From an uncultured Gemmataceae bacterium (lineage in GTDB: Bacteria > Planctomycetota > Planctomycetia > Gemmatales > Gemmataceae): 64,000 nt of DNA. Numbering within the stretch: position 1 is the first letter of the stretch; the number at the start of each line of letters is the position of its first letter. Position numbers and translations under genes: made by a program. Positions 1 to 11,419 of this stretch are shown here, piece after piece. The stretch covers positions 2,496,001-2,560,000 of the forward strand of contig CAVVPN010000003.1 in NCBI GenBank assembly GCA_963750165.1, read 5' to 3'. The notes under the pieces were generated by a model. The model saw nothing but the letters and a program-made list of their open reading frames with translations, was not told the DNA's origin and ran no database searches.

Positions 1-78
1 ACTCACCCGTCAGGTTCCGCCACCCAGGCAAGCGCGGTAAATCGCGGATTCTGTACCTGTGACCGCGAACGCATCAGT

Positions 79-84
79 TATAAT
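79..84 (+). promoter_or_regulatory. Putative sigma70 -10 element (TATAAT)
   Basis: Perfect TATAAT about 70 nt upstream of ATG 153 in a very GC-rich background; no convincing -35. Confidence 0.4.
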
Positions 85-152
85 GAAAGCCCTGGGTCGC
101 CGGAGTCTTGGCGGCCCGCCCCGCCCGCGCCGACGCCATTCTGGAGAGGCCA

Positions 153-3100
153 ATGTCCCGTGCGCTATGTATCTGCCTCGGCCTGGCGGCGCTGACCCTG
201 GTGCTGGCGGTGCGCGCTCAGGAGGGCACCAAAAACCCCGCCGACACCAAGGGCAAGCAGCCCCCCGAGGCCGGCAAGAGCGTTGTCCTCGATCCGAACG
301 GCAAACGCATCCCCCTCGACAAAATCAAACTGCCGCCGGGCGCCGTCATTGTGCTCTGCGAGAACGCGAAGGACGCCGTGCAACTGTTCCCCAGCGCGTT
401 CATCATGTCCGTCGAAAAGTACCAGTGGATGACCGAGCGCATCGCCGCGCTGGAGAAGCAGCTCCGGGCCGAGCGCAAGCCGCCGCACACCTGCGCTCTG
501 CACGGCACCGTCCGCGGCGATGTCCTCGAACTGCGCGCCGAGCTGTACTTCACCACCGATCAGCCGCGCCAGGTCGTGTTCCTCGGCGGCAAGGGCGCCC
601 AGGTCAACCAGGCGCTGTGGCGGCCGCTCGGAAAGCCGGGAGCGGGCCGCGTCGCCGCCCTGGACAACGCCCCGGATGGCTTCACCCTGCAGGTCGAAAC
701 GCCGGGCGAATACCAGCTGTCGCTCAAGATGGAAGTGCCCATCGGCGCGGTCGTCCCGACGGACCCGGCCGCCCGCGGCTTCGAGGTTGGCCTGCCCGGC
801 GCCGCCGTCACCACGCTGGTGCTCGACCTGCCCCTGCCGGTCAAGGAACTGCGCTGGAACAAGACCATCGAGAAGCGCACCCCGGCCGTCAAGCAAAAGC
901 ACTGGGAGGTGACGCTCGGCAAACTCACGCAGGTGACGGTCTCCTGGAAGGAGCCGGTGGTGCCGCCCAGGAACGAGCCGCTGGTCACCGCCCGCGGTCA
1001 AATCATGGTCAAGGTTGAGGAGAACCAGATCAGCACCACCGCCGAACTGACCCTGCAGGACCTGCGCGGCCAGATCAAGGACTGGCAGCTGTGGCTGCCG
1101 CAGGGGGCCACCGTCAAGGTGACGCCGCCGGAGGGCACCAAGTTCAGCCTGGTGCCGCCCAGCAAGGCCGAACTGGTGCAAATCCACAAACTGCAACTGG
1201 AGCAGCAGACGGACGAGCCCGTCAAGGTGACCGTGACCGTGACGGCGCCGCGCGGCCAGACGCGGGTGCCGATCGGGCCGTTCGGCGTCGTCGAGGCGTT
1301 TCGCCAGGAGGGCACGATTGAGGTCCGCGCCTCGCCGGCGGCCCGCCGTGGTGTGCGGCTGAACTACCTGCGCCACCGCGACGTGGAGGAGCGCGACCTG
1401 CCGCGCGACTTGCCGGCGACCGATGTGGTGGCGCTGTTCCGCTACCACGGCATGCCGACGCCCAGCCGGCCGCTGCCCGGGCCGGACGTCTTCGTCAAGC
1501 AGCACCAGGCCCCGCTGGAAATCGAGTTGAAGCAGAACAAGGGCCGGGTCGAAACCCATGTCGAGCACACGCTGCGGCTGCGGCAGACCGAGCAGGGGCT
1601 GCGCGTGTTGGCGACGACGCGGATTCAGGCCAAGCCGCTGTACGCCCCTGTGGACTTTCTCGACGTGCAGTTGCGCCGCCCACCGCTGGAGCCCGCCACC
1701 CTCGCCGCCAGCGTGTCCGCGCCGACCGGGCTGGCCGGCCTGCCGTGGCCGGCGCTGGTTGCGGCGGCCGCGCCGCCGCTGCCGGGCGAGTGGTCGCTGG
1801 GCCGCAGCAGTTCCGGGGCGGAGTTGCAATACCTGGAAACTGGCGGCGTCAAAAACGGCCGCGCCCGCATCAAGTTCTTCGACTACCAGCCAAAGGAGTT
1901 CACCGTCGAGCTGACCGGCACCTACACGCTGCCGCCCGGAGCGCGGCGGGCGCGGCTGGTGCTGCCGCAACCGCTGGTGGACGTGGCGCACGGCGGCAAG
2001 CTGCGCGTGGAGGCCGGCGAGGAACTGGAGTTGTTGATCCGCGAGGGCGGCCTGGAGGTGGTCGCGCCGGAGCGGGACCACTACACGCTGGAGCCGGAGC
2101 AGCCGCCCGAGTTCGCGGACCTGGCCTGGCGGCCGCACCGGCCCGAGTTCCCCGTCCACGTGATCGCCGACGTGACGCTGCGGCAAGGCGCCGGCCACGT
2201 CCGCCAGCAACTGGAGTTCGGCCCCGGCACGCGCCCGGCGGCCGGCCGCCCGGACCCACGGCCGCGTCAGGTGCAACTGCGCGTCCCGGCGGGGGCCCGG
2301 CAGTTGCGGGTGATCGGCGGCGACCTGCCCGAGGCGTTCGACCCGGCCCGCGACCGAACCGTGACCGTCACGCTGTCGGCGGCGGCCGCCAGCAAACTTA
2401 CCCTGGAGTACGACTTCGCGCTGCCGCGCGGCACGCCACCGCCGAAGAACGGGGCGCCGGCCGAATCGCCGCCCTTCGAGGTGCCGCTGCTCTGGCCCGA
2501 GCAGGCCACGCGCATCGACACCAAGGTGCGCCTCTGGTGCGACGCCAACATGCTGCCGAACCTGACCGACGCCCAGGTCGCCGAGGTCGCCTGGCGCGAC
2601 CTGGGCACGGAGGTGGTGCCCGGCGTGGATCGGTTGCCGCGGCGGGTGCTGTCGAGCCCGCGGCTGGGCGTGCCGTTGTGGCTGCGCCTGGAAGTGACGC
2701 TGCCGGAGCGCGACGCCGTCGCCCGCCGCGCCCTCGTGCAGGTCGCCGTGGACGACGAGGGCACCGAGCACTACCGCGTCCGCTTCCTGCTGACCGAGCT
2801 GAACACGACGGCCCTGCGCCTCCGCCTGCCGGTGCCGCTCGCCGGCCAGCCGCAGATCACGCTGGGCGGCAAAAAGGTGCCGTGGGTGCTGACGGAGAAC
2901 GGCAGCGTTGCCCGCGTCACGGTGGAGCCGGCGCTGTACGGCGGGCCGGTCATCCTGGAGGTGGTCTACCAGCTGCCGCGCGACCACCTGCACAACGAAG
3001 GCGTTTGGCAGACTGGCCTGCACGCGCCGGAGTTCGCCGGCAACGTGCAGGTGCCGCAGGTGCGCTGGCAGGTGTCGCTGCCGGGCGGCTGGGTGCCGCT

Positions 3101-3689
3101 GGTGGCCGGCGAGGACACCGGCAGCGCCCCCCAGTGGGAGTGGCGCGGCGGCCTGCTGACGCCGCAGCCGCCGCAGACCAGCGCCCAGCTGGAAGAATGG
3201 CTGACGGCGCCGCCGTCGGAGGGGCCGCCGGTGACGCCGAGCCTGGTGCTGTCGCGCGGCGACCTGCGGCCGGTCTACCTGTATCGCGTGCCGCTGCAAC
3301 TGTGGTTCGTGCTGTGCTCCGGATTGCTGCTGTTGCTCGGCCTGGGCCTGAATTCCTCGGCGCTGTCGGCGCACACGGCCGGGCTGCTGCTGACCCTGCT
3401 CGGTCTGGCGCTGGTGGCCCTGGCGCTGTTCCTGCCTGCGGTGCTGCCCGCCGTGCTATACGGCTGCGAACCGGGGGCGGTGGTGCTGCTGGTGGTGCTC
3501 CTGTGTCAGTGGATGCTGCAGGAGCGCTATCGCCGTCAGGTGGTGTTCATGCCCGGCTTCAAGCGCCTCAAGCCGGGCTCGTCGCTGGTGCGCTCCGGCG
3601 CAGTCGGCCGGACGCGCGACGCCTCCACGGTGGACGCGCCGGCCAGCCCCGGTTCCGCTCCCGGCTCGTCCGCCAACAAAGGAAGTTGA
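153..3689 (+). CDS. Large hypothetical membrane protein (~1178 aa): signal peptide, long beta-rich extracytoplasmic region, C-terminal TM helices
   Basis: ATG 153 with GGAGAGG SD at 143-149; signal peptide MSRALCICLGLAALTLVLAVRAQ; strong GC3 bias; about 3 hydrophobic helices near the C-terminus, then an RYRRQVVFMPGF...GSS tail. Confidence 0.85.
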   Translation: MSRALCICLGLAALTLVLAVRAQEGTKNPADTKGKQPPEAGKSVVLDPNGKRIPLDKIKLPPGAVIVLCENAKDAVQLFPSAFIMSVEKYQWMTERIAALEKQLRAERKPPHTCALHGTVRGDVLELRAELYFTTDQPRQVVFLGGKGAQVNQALWRPLGKPGAGRVAALDNAPDGFTLQVETPGEYQLSLKMEVPIGAVVPTDPAARGFEVGLPGAAVTTLVLDLPLPVKELRWNKTIEKRTPAVKQKHWEVTLGKLTQVTVSWKEPVVPPRNEPLVTARGQIMVKVEENQISTTAELTLQDLRGQIKDWQLWLPQGATVKVTPPEGTKFSLVPPSKAELVQIHKLQLEQQTDEPVKVTVTVTAPRGQTRVPIGPFGVVEAFRQEGTIEVRASPAARRGVRLNYLRHRDVEERDLPRDLPATDVVALFRYHGMPTPSRPLPGPDVFVKQHQAPLEIELKQNKGRVETHVEHTLRLRQTEQGLRVLATTRIQAKPLYAPVDFLDVQLRRPPLEPATLAASVSAPTGLAGLPWPALVAAAAPPLPGEWSLGRSSSGAELQYLETGGVKNGRARIKFFDYQPKEFTVELTGTYTLPPGARRARLVLPQPLVDVAHGGKLRVEAGEELELLIREGGLEVVAPERDHYTLEPEQPPEFADLAWRPHRPEFPVHVIADVTLRQGAGHVRQQLEFGPGTRPAAGRPDPRPRQVQLRVPAGARQLRVIGGDLPEAFDPARDRTVTVTLSAAAASKLTLEYDFALPRGTPPPKNGAPAESPPFEVPLLWPEQATRIDTKVRLWCDANMLPNLTDAQVAEVAWRDLGTEVVPGVDRLPRRVLSSPRLGVPLWLRLEVTLPERDAVARRALVQVAVDDEGTEHYRVRFLLTELNTTALRLRLPVPLAGQPQITLGGKKVPWVLTENGSVARVTVEPALYGGPVILEVVYQLPRDHLHNEGVWQTGLHAPEFAGNVQVPQVRWQVSLPGGWVPLVAGEDTGSAPQWEWRGGLLTPQPPQTSAQLEEWLTAPPSEGPPVTPSLVLSRGDLRPVYLYRVPLQLWFVLCSGLLLLLGLGLNSSALSAHTAGLLLTLLGLALVALALFLPAVLPAVLYGCEPGAVVLLVVLLCQWMLQERYRRQVVFMPGFKRLKPGSSLVRSGAVGRTRDASTVDAPASPGSAPGSSANKGS

Positions 3690-3694
3690 GCCCC

Positions 3695-6600
3695 ATGTCC
3701 CGCCACGCTGCCGTCGCGGTTCTGACTCCGCTGGCACTGCTGGCCGTGGTCGCGCTGCCACTGCTGCCGGCCGAGGCCCAACTGCAGCCGCGCCCCGACC
3801 CGCTGCCGCTGCGCCGCCTGCAAATCCCCGCCGACCGCCTCGCCGCCGAACTGGAGCGGCTGCAGAAAGGCATTCTGGTCAAGCTGCCGCGCGCGGAGTT
3901 TGAGGCGAAGGTGCGCCAGGCGGCCGATGCGCTTGAACAAATGAAGCAACCGCCGCGGCTGCTGGAGGCGCACTACCGCGCCCGGCTCGACGGGACAGCG
4001 CTGGTGGGCGCGGCGCGCTGGGTTGTCGTCAACCCGCAGCCGGGGCCGGCGGTGCTGCCGGTGCCGGAGCTGAACCTGGCGCTGCGCCCGGCCGACGCCG
4101 CCGACCCGCCCGCGCCGCTGGCGGACTTCGACGGCAAGGCGCCGGGGCTGCTGGTGGCGGAGGGCGGCACCCACACGGCCGCGTTCGCCTGGAGCCTGCG
4201 CGGCCAGAGCGAGGGCGGTGACCTGCGCTTCGTCCTGCAAGCGCCGGCCTGTCCCGTGGCGACGCTGCGGTTGACGCTGCCGCCGGACGTGACCGTGACC
4301 GCACCGCGCGGTGGGGCGCTGGTGACGGCGGCCGCTGGCCCGGCGAAGGACGCGCGCGACTGGCACGTCGGCTTTGCGGGCAAGGCACGCATCGAACTGC
4401 TGCTGCGCCGCGCCGACACGCCCGGCCGCAAGGCGGTGCTGCTGTTCCGCGTGACGGCCACACAACAACTCACGCCCGCCGGGGTCAGCGCCCGCTACGA
4501 GTTCGACATCGAGGCGCTGCACGCGGGCGTGCGCACCCTCGTCTTTGACTGCGACGCGCCGCTGCAACCCTACAAGGTGACACTCGGCAGCACCGAACTG
4601 CGCGACTGGTCGCTGTCGCCCGGCGGCGGCGTCCGGACGCTGACCGTGCCGCTGCGCGAGCCGCTGCAGGGCGTGCTGCCGCCGCTGCGGATTCACTGCG
4701 AGGCGGCGCTGCCGCGCAACAAGAAGGAAATTTACTGGGTCAGCCCGGGAGTGCGGCTGCGCGGCGCCCAGCCGCGCGGCGAGACGCTGAAGCTGCATGT
4801 GCCCAACGACGTGCGGTTGGAGAAGTGGATGCCGAAAGACTTCCGCCTGACCGGCCTGGCCGTGGAGGCCGACGACGTGCAGGTGCTGACGCTGCAGGAG
4901 AATCTGCCGCCGAAGGTCGCCCCGGCGCGGCCGAGTGCCGGGCTGCGGATGCCGGTCGTGCAGGTGCTGACGCGGCAGGCGACGTGGTGGCAGGTCGGAC
5001 CGGCCGGCTCGACACTGACGGCGGCGGTGGACTACCGCGTCGCCCAGGGCCGGCTGTTCCGGTTGCTGCTGAAACTGCCGGACCCAGGCTGGCAGGTCGA
5101 GGACGTGAAGCTGGAGCCGGACGGCCTGCTGCGCACCTGGGGCCCGACCGGCCCGCAGGCGGCGGCGACGCTGGCCGTGGACCTGCAACGGGCGCTGACG
5201 CCGCAGACACAGGCCAAACTGACGGTGCGGCTGCGTTCGCCGCGCGGCCGCAACGTGCCGGCCACCGGGCTGACCCTGTCCCTGCCCGACCTGAAGCCGC
5301 TGGACGGCCCGTGGCGCGAGGGCGTGCTGGCGGTCAGCGTGGACCCGCGCTTCCGCGTGACGCCGCCACCAGGGGCGCAACCAGCGGCGGTGAAGGAGCA
5401 GGACGGCCCCTGGGGTCGCGCCCCGCTCAACTTCGCCTTCACGTTCCGCGACAAGGCTCCGGCGGGCAAGCTGCGTCTGGCTCCGCACGAGCCGCGGTTG
5501 CACGCCCGCTGCCAGACCGAGCTGGCCGCCGGCTCGACCGGTCCCGGCCGGGTGACACTGCAACTGCACCTGGAGCCGCTGCTGGGCACGCCGGAACAGG
5601 TGGACTTCCTGCTGTCGGCGCCGGCCGGGCCGTGGAAAATCGGCGCCGCGACACCGCCGGGCCTGGTCCGCGACCTGCGCCGGTTGCCTGCCCTGGAGGC
5701 GGTGCCGGCGCTGCTGGCGCTGGGCGACCGGCGGGGCGTCGGAGCAACGGCGACGCTGCTGGCCGCCGAGTCGTGTGGCGAACGCTGGCGACTGACGCTG
5801 GCCCGACCGCTGACCCGGCGCGAGACCATCACGCTGGAAGCGGCGCAGCCCGCGCCAGCCGGCGCCGGCAAGGCCGGGGAGCAGACCTGGCAGGTGCCGC
5901 TGGCGACGGTGCTCGGAGCAGACCGCCTGGAGGGCGAGGTGACGCTGCACCTGGTCGCCGCTGAAGTCGTGGCGGTGCGCGCCAGCGGCGTCCACGAGCA
6001 GGGCCGCGCCGGCCCGCGGCCGGCGAAGCGCAGTGCGGTGGCTCACGACGCCTGGCGGCTGTTCGACTATGGCACCGCCCTGTCCGCCGGCCAACTGCCG
6101 CGCCTGGAGGTGCGGACGCGCCCATTGCCGGGAGACCGCTCGGTGCGCGAATTCTGCGACGAGGCGGCGCTGACGACCTCGCTGGAGCCCGACGGGTTGG
6201 TGCTGAACCACTACCGCTTTCGTCTGTGGAACTGGCGGCGGCATGAGGTGCCGGTGCTGCTGCCGGCCGGCGCGACGCTGCTGGCGGTCAAGGTCGAGCA
6301 CGGCTGGAAGGTGGCGGCGCGACAGCAGACGGTCGCGGACGGCGTGCGCGTCGATCTGCCAGCGCCGGCCGGCCCGGCGGTTCACCACTTCGAGATCACC
6401 TACGCGACCGGTGAACGCTGGTCACCCGGGGCGCTGGCGGCGACGCTGACGGCGCCGGCGCCGCGGCTGCCGGTGCCGCCGGCCGGCTTCCGCCGGCTGT
6501 GGCGGCTGCCGGTCGGTGTCGTGCCGCTGGGCGGCGTGCGGCGGCTGCCGGACGCGCTGGGCGGCGAGCAGGGGCCGTGGTGGGCGGCGGTGCGGCGGGC

Positions 6601-9600
6601 GTGGGATGTTGGCCAACCGCTGCTGAGCACGCTCGGCCCGGAGTTTGCCGCGGACGAGTGGGTCGGCCGGCAGCGGCAGGTGATGCTGAACGCCGAGGCG
6701 GCCTGGCGCGGCCAGCGCGGCGGCCGGGATGCGACGCTCGGCGCGGCCCTGGAGCGGTTGGCAGACCAGCTGCAACCGCAGGCCAGTCTGGTGGTGGACG
6801 CCGCGGCGCTGCAGGCCGCCGGGTTGCGTCCGGGCACGCTGTTGTCGCTGGGCCGCACGGTCGCAGCCGGCGCGGGCGAGCCGTTCTGGGAGCAACTGGA
6901 TCTGGTATATGTGCCGTGCCGGGCGGCGCCGCTGCTGACCACGCGCCGCCAGCTGGAGCAGTGGCAGGCGACCGCTGGGGCGCGGCCGGTGTCGGAGGCG
7001 ATCACCACGGCGGTGGCCGCGGCGGCGGCGCTGGGCCACGACGACTCGGGCCGCTTCCGTGCCGTGCATTTCTGGCTGCGGCACAGCGGTGTCGATCCGG
7101 AAGACGACGCGCCGCCGGCCATGACCATGTGGGAGCCGCTGGCCGGGGACGAGGCCGACACGCTGCTGGTGGTTCGCCAGGACGCCCTGTGGACGTGCGA
7201 CCTGGCGCTGACGGTGCTGCTGACATTGCTGGCCTGGCTGGCTTCGCGAACGCTGAGCGCCCGCTGGCGCTTCCGCCTGCTGCTGCTGTGGCTGGCGGTG
7301 GGCGGTCTGGCGCTGTTCTGGCTGCCGGTCGCGCTGCGGCCGCTGTGCTGGGGCCCGGCCCTGGCCGCCGTGGCGACGGCGCTGACCTGGCACTTGCACC
7401 TGGCCTGGCCGCGCCGCGCCGCACACTCGGCCCCAACCACCACCAGCAAGCGCACCGGCTCGCTGCGCAAGAGCGGCGTCGTCACGGCGGGGCTGCTGCT
7501 GCTGCTGGCCGGCGCGGCGTCGCTGTGTGGCCAGGGGCCGGCCGCCGGCGGCCCGGAGCCGCAGACGGTCCTGCTGCTGCCGCCCGGGGAGGACGGCAGC
7601 CAGACGGCCCTGGTGACACCCGAGCTGCTCAGGCGGCTGGACGACCTGGCGCAGCGGTCGCTGGCGCCGCGCGGCGCGGCGCTGCTCGGCGCCCGCTACA
7701 CCGGCCAGGTTCGGGGCGAGATCGCGCTGTTCCAGGCGGAGTTCGACGCCCTGAGTTTCGACGATAAAGCCACTCTCTTGATCCCGTTGAGCGACGTGGA
7801 GCTGGACGCGGGCGCCGAGGCGGCGCGGCTGCCGGGCCACCCGTTCGCGGAGCCCGCGTTCGCGCCGGCGCATCCCGTGGCCGCGGGACCGGGCTACGCC
7901 GTGACGCTGCGCGGCCGCGGCCGGCACGTGATCCGCCTGCGCTTCCGCGTGCGGTTGGCGGCACTGGCCGACCAGCGCGAGGTGCGCTGCGGCATCCCAA
8001 AACTGGCGCGGAGCCAGGTGGAACTGCAGCTGCTGCCCACGGCGAAGAACGCCTGGGCCGTCGCCGCCCAGGGCCGGCAGTGGGTGGAGGACCGGCGGCG
8101 TCCGCGGCTGCACGCGGACCTGGGCCGCGAGGGCTTGCTGCAATTGCGCTGGCGGCAGGACCAGCCCGGACAGCGGCCGCCCGTGGTCGCCGTGCGCGAG
8201 ACGTATTTCTGGGACCTGCGGCCCGCTTCCTTCCAGTTGACCGCCGCCCTGCAGTACACGGTCAGCAGCGGCCTGGTCGGTCACCTGGCGGTGGCGCTGC
8301 CCGAGGGCATCGAGGTGCGCGGCGTAGAGGTGAGCCCGGCGGGCAAGGTCGTCGAGGCCGCCGCGGTGCCGCGTCTCAGGAGCTGGCAGGTGGTCGGTGG
8401 GCCGCGGCAGACTGCGTGTGGAACTGCACACGCCGGTCGCCGGCCAGGTGCTACTGACGCTGAACCTGGCGCCGAAGCTGACGGGAGGGAACAACCTGGT
8501 GCGCCTGAACCTGCCGCGGCCGCTGGGGGCGACGCCCGCCGACGGGGCGCTGGCGTACCGCGTAGACGGCCTGAACGCGACCGACCGGGCCATCAAACTC
8601 GGTGTCAGCCCGGTTGGACTGGACGCCTTCGCCAAGCGTTGCCTGGCGGCTGGCCTGCGCGACGTGCCGGCGGCGACGCGGGTGTACAGTTTCAGCCGCA
8701 ACCAGCAGGGCCTCGCGGCGCTGGACCTGGCGCTGCAACCGTCGTGGCCGCAGGTGCGCCAGGACATTCACTGGCACATCCGCCCGCAGTCCGCCGACGT
8801 GCGGGCCACGCTGCACCTGACCTCCGCGGCGGAGGACATCCTGTTCGTGGACTGGGAGGTGCCGGCCGCGGTGACCGTGACCGAGGTGTCCGGCCTGCAC
8901 GTCCGCTACTGGACGCGCTTCGGCGACCGCGTGCAGGTCTGGTTGCAGCAGCCGCGCAAGGACACCACAGTGACACTGGCCGGCTGGCTGACGGATCTGA
9001 AGACGGCGCCGCCGGTGCGCTCGGCCAACCTGAACCTGCCGTGTCTGCGTGTGCCGGCCGCGGCCGCCACCGTCACGCAGCTCCGCCTGACCGCGACGCC
9101 CGGCCTGGAGGTGACGCCCGAGCGCCTGGAGAAGCTGACGGCCGTCGCCATCCCGGCCGCGCCGCCGACGCGGGTCTACACCACGCAGGAACCCGTGTAC
9201 CGGGCGGCCTTCTTCGCCCGCGCGGTGCCGCTGGCGCCGGAGGCGTACCTCCTGACCAGCGCGGAGGTCGCGGAGGGGGTGCTGTCGTTCGCCGGCGACC
9301 TGGACCTGCAGGCGCCACAGGGCGAGGCCTACACGGTCAAGGTGCGGCTGCGCGGCTGGGCCGGCGAGGCGGTCCACCTGGACGCGCCCGGCGTGGTGCA
9401 GCGCAAGGAGCAGCGTGTCGGTCAGGAGCGCGTCTGGACGTTGACGCTGCCGCCGGGAGTGGCCCGGCACCACCGGCTCAAGCTGTCGGGCCGCGTGGCG
9501 TTGGCGGGCAACGGGCCGTTTACGCCGCCGGTCGTGACGGTGGAGGGGGCGGTGCTCAAGGGCCGCTGGCTGGCGGTGGTGGGGCCGGTGCAGGTCGGCG

Positions 9601-10865
9601 CGGAGAACGGGGTGAGCCGGATCAAGCCCGCCGATGTGGCCCACGACCTGCGGCTGTGGCCGGCGGAGGCGGAGCGCGTCCGCCGCGAGGGAATGGCCTG
9701 GCGGGTGCAGCGCGACGGCTGGCAATTGCGGCTGACTGCAGGGGGCGTGCCAGGGGCGCCGGCGGTGCAGGTGCTGCTGGCCGAGCAGACCGCGGCGGTG
9801 CTGGACGGCCGGCACTGGGCGCACCAGGCGGCGTTCACGCTGTACGCCCGCGGCGGCTCGGACGTGCATTTGCTGCTGCCGACGGGGGCGCGACTGCAAC
9901 TGCTGACGGTGGACGGCGTGCCGCAGACGCCGCGGCAGCCGGAGCCGGAGCGGCTGTGGCTGCCGCTGGCCGGCGGCGACGGCGTGCGTGTGCTGCGGCT
10001 GCGCTGGGTCTACGACGAGGGCGGCGACGAGACGCTGGAGCGGCCGCTGCTGCGGACGCCGACGTTCAAGGACTTGCCGGCGGTGCCGGTGCTGTGGACG
10101 GTGGTGACGCCGGCCGGCTACCGGGCGCGGCCGGCGGCCAAGGAGACGGACGCGGCGCGCAAGGCGGGCGGCGTGGCGCAGGAGCTGGCGCGGGCGGAGG
10201 CGCAACTGCGGCTGAGTGCGTTGCTGGCGGAGCGCGGGCAGGCTGAGGGCGGCGACGCGGTGCGGGCGGCGTTGCTGGCGGCGCAGCGGCGGTTCGCCTG
10301 GCACTGCCGGGTGGCCGCCTACGAGCTGGCGCTGCACCCCGACGCGGCCGCGGGCGCGGGTCCGAAGGGACAGAGTTTGGCGGACTGGCTGGAGGCGTTG
10401 CGGCAGGAGAACGCCCGGTTCAACCGCCTGCACCTCGACGCGGAGCGGCAGGCGCCCGCGGACGCGCCCACGCCGGCGCCGCTGACGCTGCCGGATCGGG
10501 GCACACCGCAGGTCTACCAGGTAGCGCCGGGGCAGGCGCCGCGGCTGCGGCTGACGCCGGTGGCGGAGGAAGGGCTGCGGCAAGCGCTGGGCTCATCGCT
10601 GTTGCTGGCGGCGGTGCTGGCGACGATTGGGCTGCTGGCGTACCTGGGCCGCGTGGCGGCGGTGCTGCGGCAACTGCTGCCCGAGCAGTTGATTTTGCTG
10701 GCGGTGCTGGGGTGGCTGGTATTCGGCGGCAGCCTGGTGGCGGCGGTGCTGCTGCTGCTGGGCGTGGGGGCGCGGCTGGTGCTACTGGTGCGGGCGCTGC
10801 AAGGGCTGTGGCAGCGCAAGGTGCCGCCGGCACCGGCGGGTAGCAGCATTGGGTCGGCGGGGTAA
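3695..10865 (+). CDS. Very large hypothetical membrane protein (~2390 aa), frameshifted at ~8396-8411
   Basis: ATG 3695, 5 nt after the upstream stop; signal peptide MSRHAAVAVLTPLALLAVVALPLLPAEAQ. Protein-like sequence in the 1745 frame ends at SWQVVGG and continues as LRVELHTP in the 8397..10865 frame. TM clusters at ~7190-7520 and at the C-terminus. Confidence 0.8.
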
Positions 10866-10894
10866 TACCGAGTCGCCATGAATTCTCTTGAGCC

Positions 10895-10944
10895 CCGGAG
10901 GGCGGCATACGGTAGCCCCTGGCTACCGTATGCCGCCCCTCCGG
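10895..10944. repeat. REP-like inverted repeat / possible bidirectional terminator
   Basis: CCGGAGGGCGGCATACGGTAGCC-cct-GGCTACCGTATGCCGCCCCTCCGG (23 bp stem, one bulged C) between convergent genes. Confidence 0.8.
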
Positions 10945-11038
10945 CGCAGGCAAGAATGTCCAGGGCGATTCGGTATAACACGTGCGGGGTTTTCTTCGGA
11001 GCGGCTGCGGGCCCTTTCCCTTGCGATCATCCATCTCG

Positions 11039-11401
11039 TTATTGAATATTGACATCCTTGGATTGGGAAACCGCTCCGCCGCCCGGGGGCGTGACAACTG
11101 CGAGCAAGATGGCCGTGGGTGAGTCAGTATGCAACGCCCCCGAGTCGTTGCCATGCGAACCGTTGGGATCTGGGAATTTCACCACCCAATTAAATTTGGT
11201 GTTGTCAGGCCAACTGCCGGGCACAACGCAATCGGGGGTGTTGTCCAATGGGTAAATGACGATGCCAAGGATTCCCCAGCCGTCAGTCGTCTCGGGACGC
11301 TGCTCATTGGAAAAGATGACTTGCCCCGTCGCAGGATACCAGGTACCGTCAGAAGTCCACGTAGCGGTGGGCGGGGTGTTGATCTTGTTGGTGATTGTCA
11401 T
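11039..11401 (-). CDS. Small hypothetical protein (120 aa, beta-rich, no signal peptide)
   Basis: GGAGGA SD before ATG; starts 18 nt after the kinase stop; visibly more AT-rich than the flanking DNA. Confidence 0.7.
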   Translation of the reverse strand: MTITNKINTPPTATWTSDGTWYPATGQVIFSNEQRPETTDGWGILGIVIYPLDNTPDCVVPGSWPDNTKFNWVVKFPDPNGSHGNDSGALHTDSPTAILLAVVTPPGGGAVSQSKDVNIQ

Positions 11402-11419
11402 GAACCATTCCTCCAGGAA

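Noticed and set aside
1745..10246. 2833 aa ORF as called by the track
   Set aside because: Sequence before 3695 and after ~8410 is off-frame G/A/R-rich shadow; the real gene starts at 3695 and changes frame.
165..10583. Long minus-strand ORFs (1069, 950, 781, 710 aa)
   Set aside because: Antisense shadows of GC3-biased plus-strand genes; no motifs.
153..10865. Planctomycete membrane-coat-like proteins
   Set aside because: No beta-propeller or HEAT/alpha-solenoid repeats recognised.
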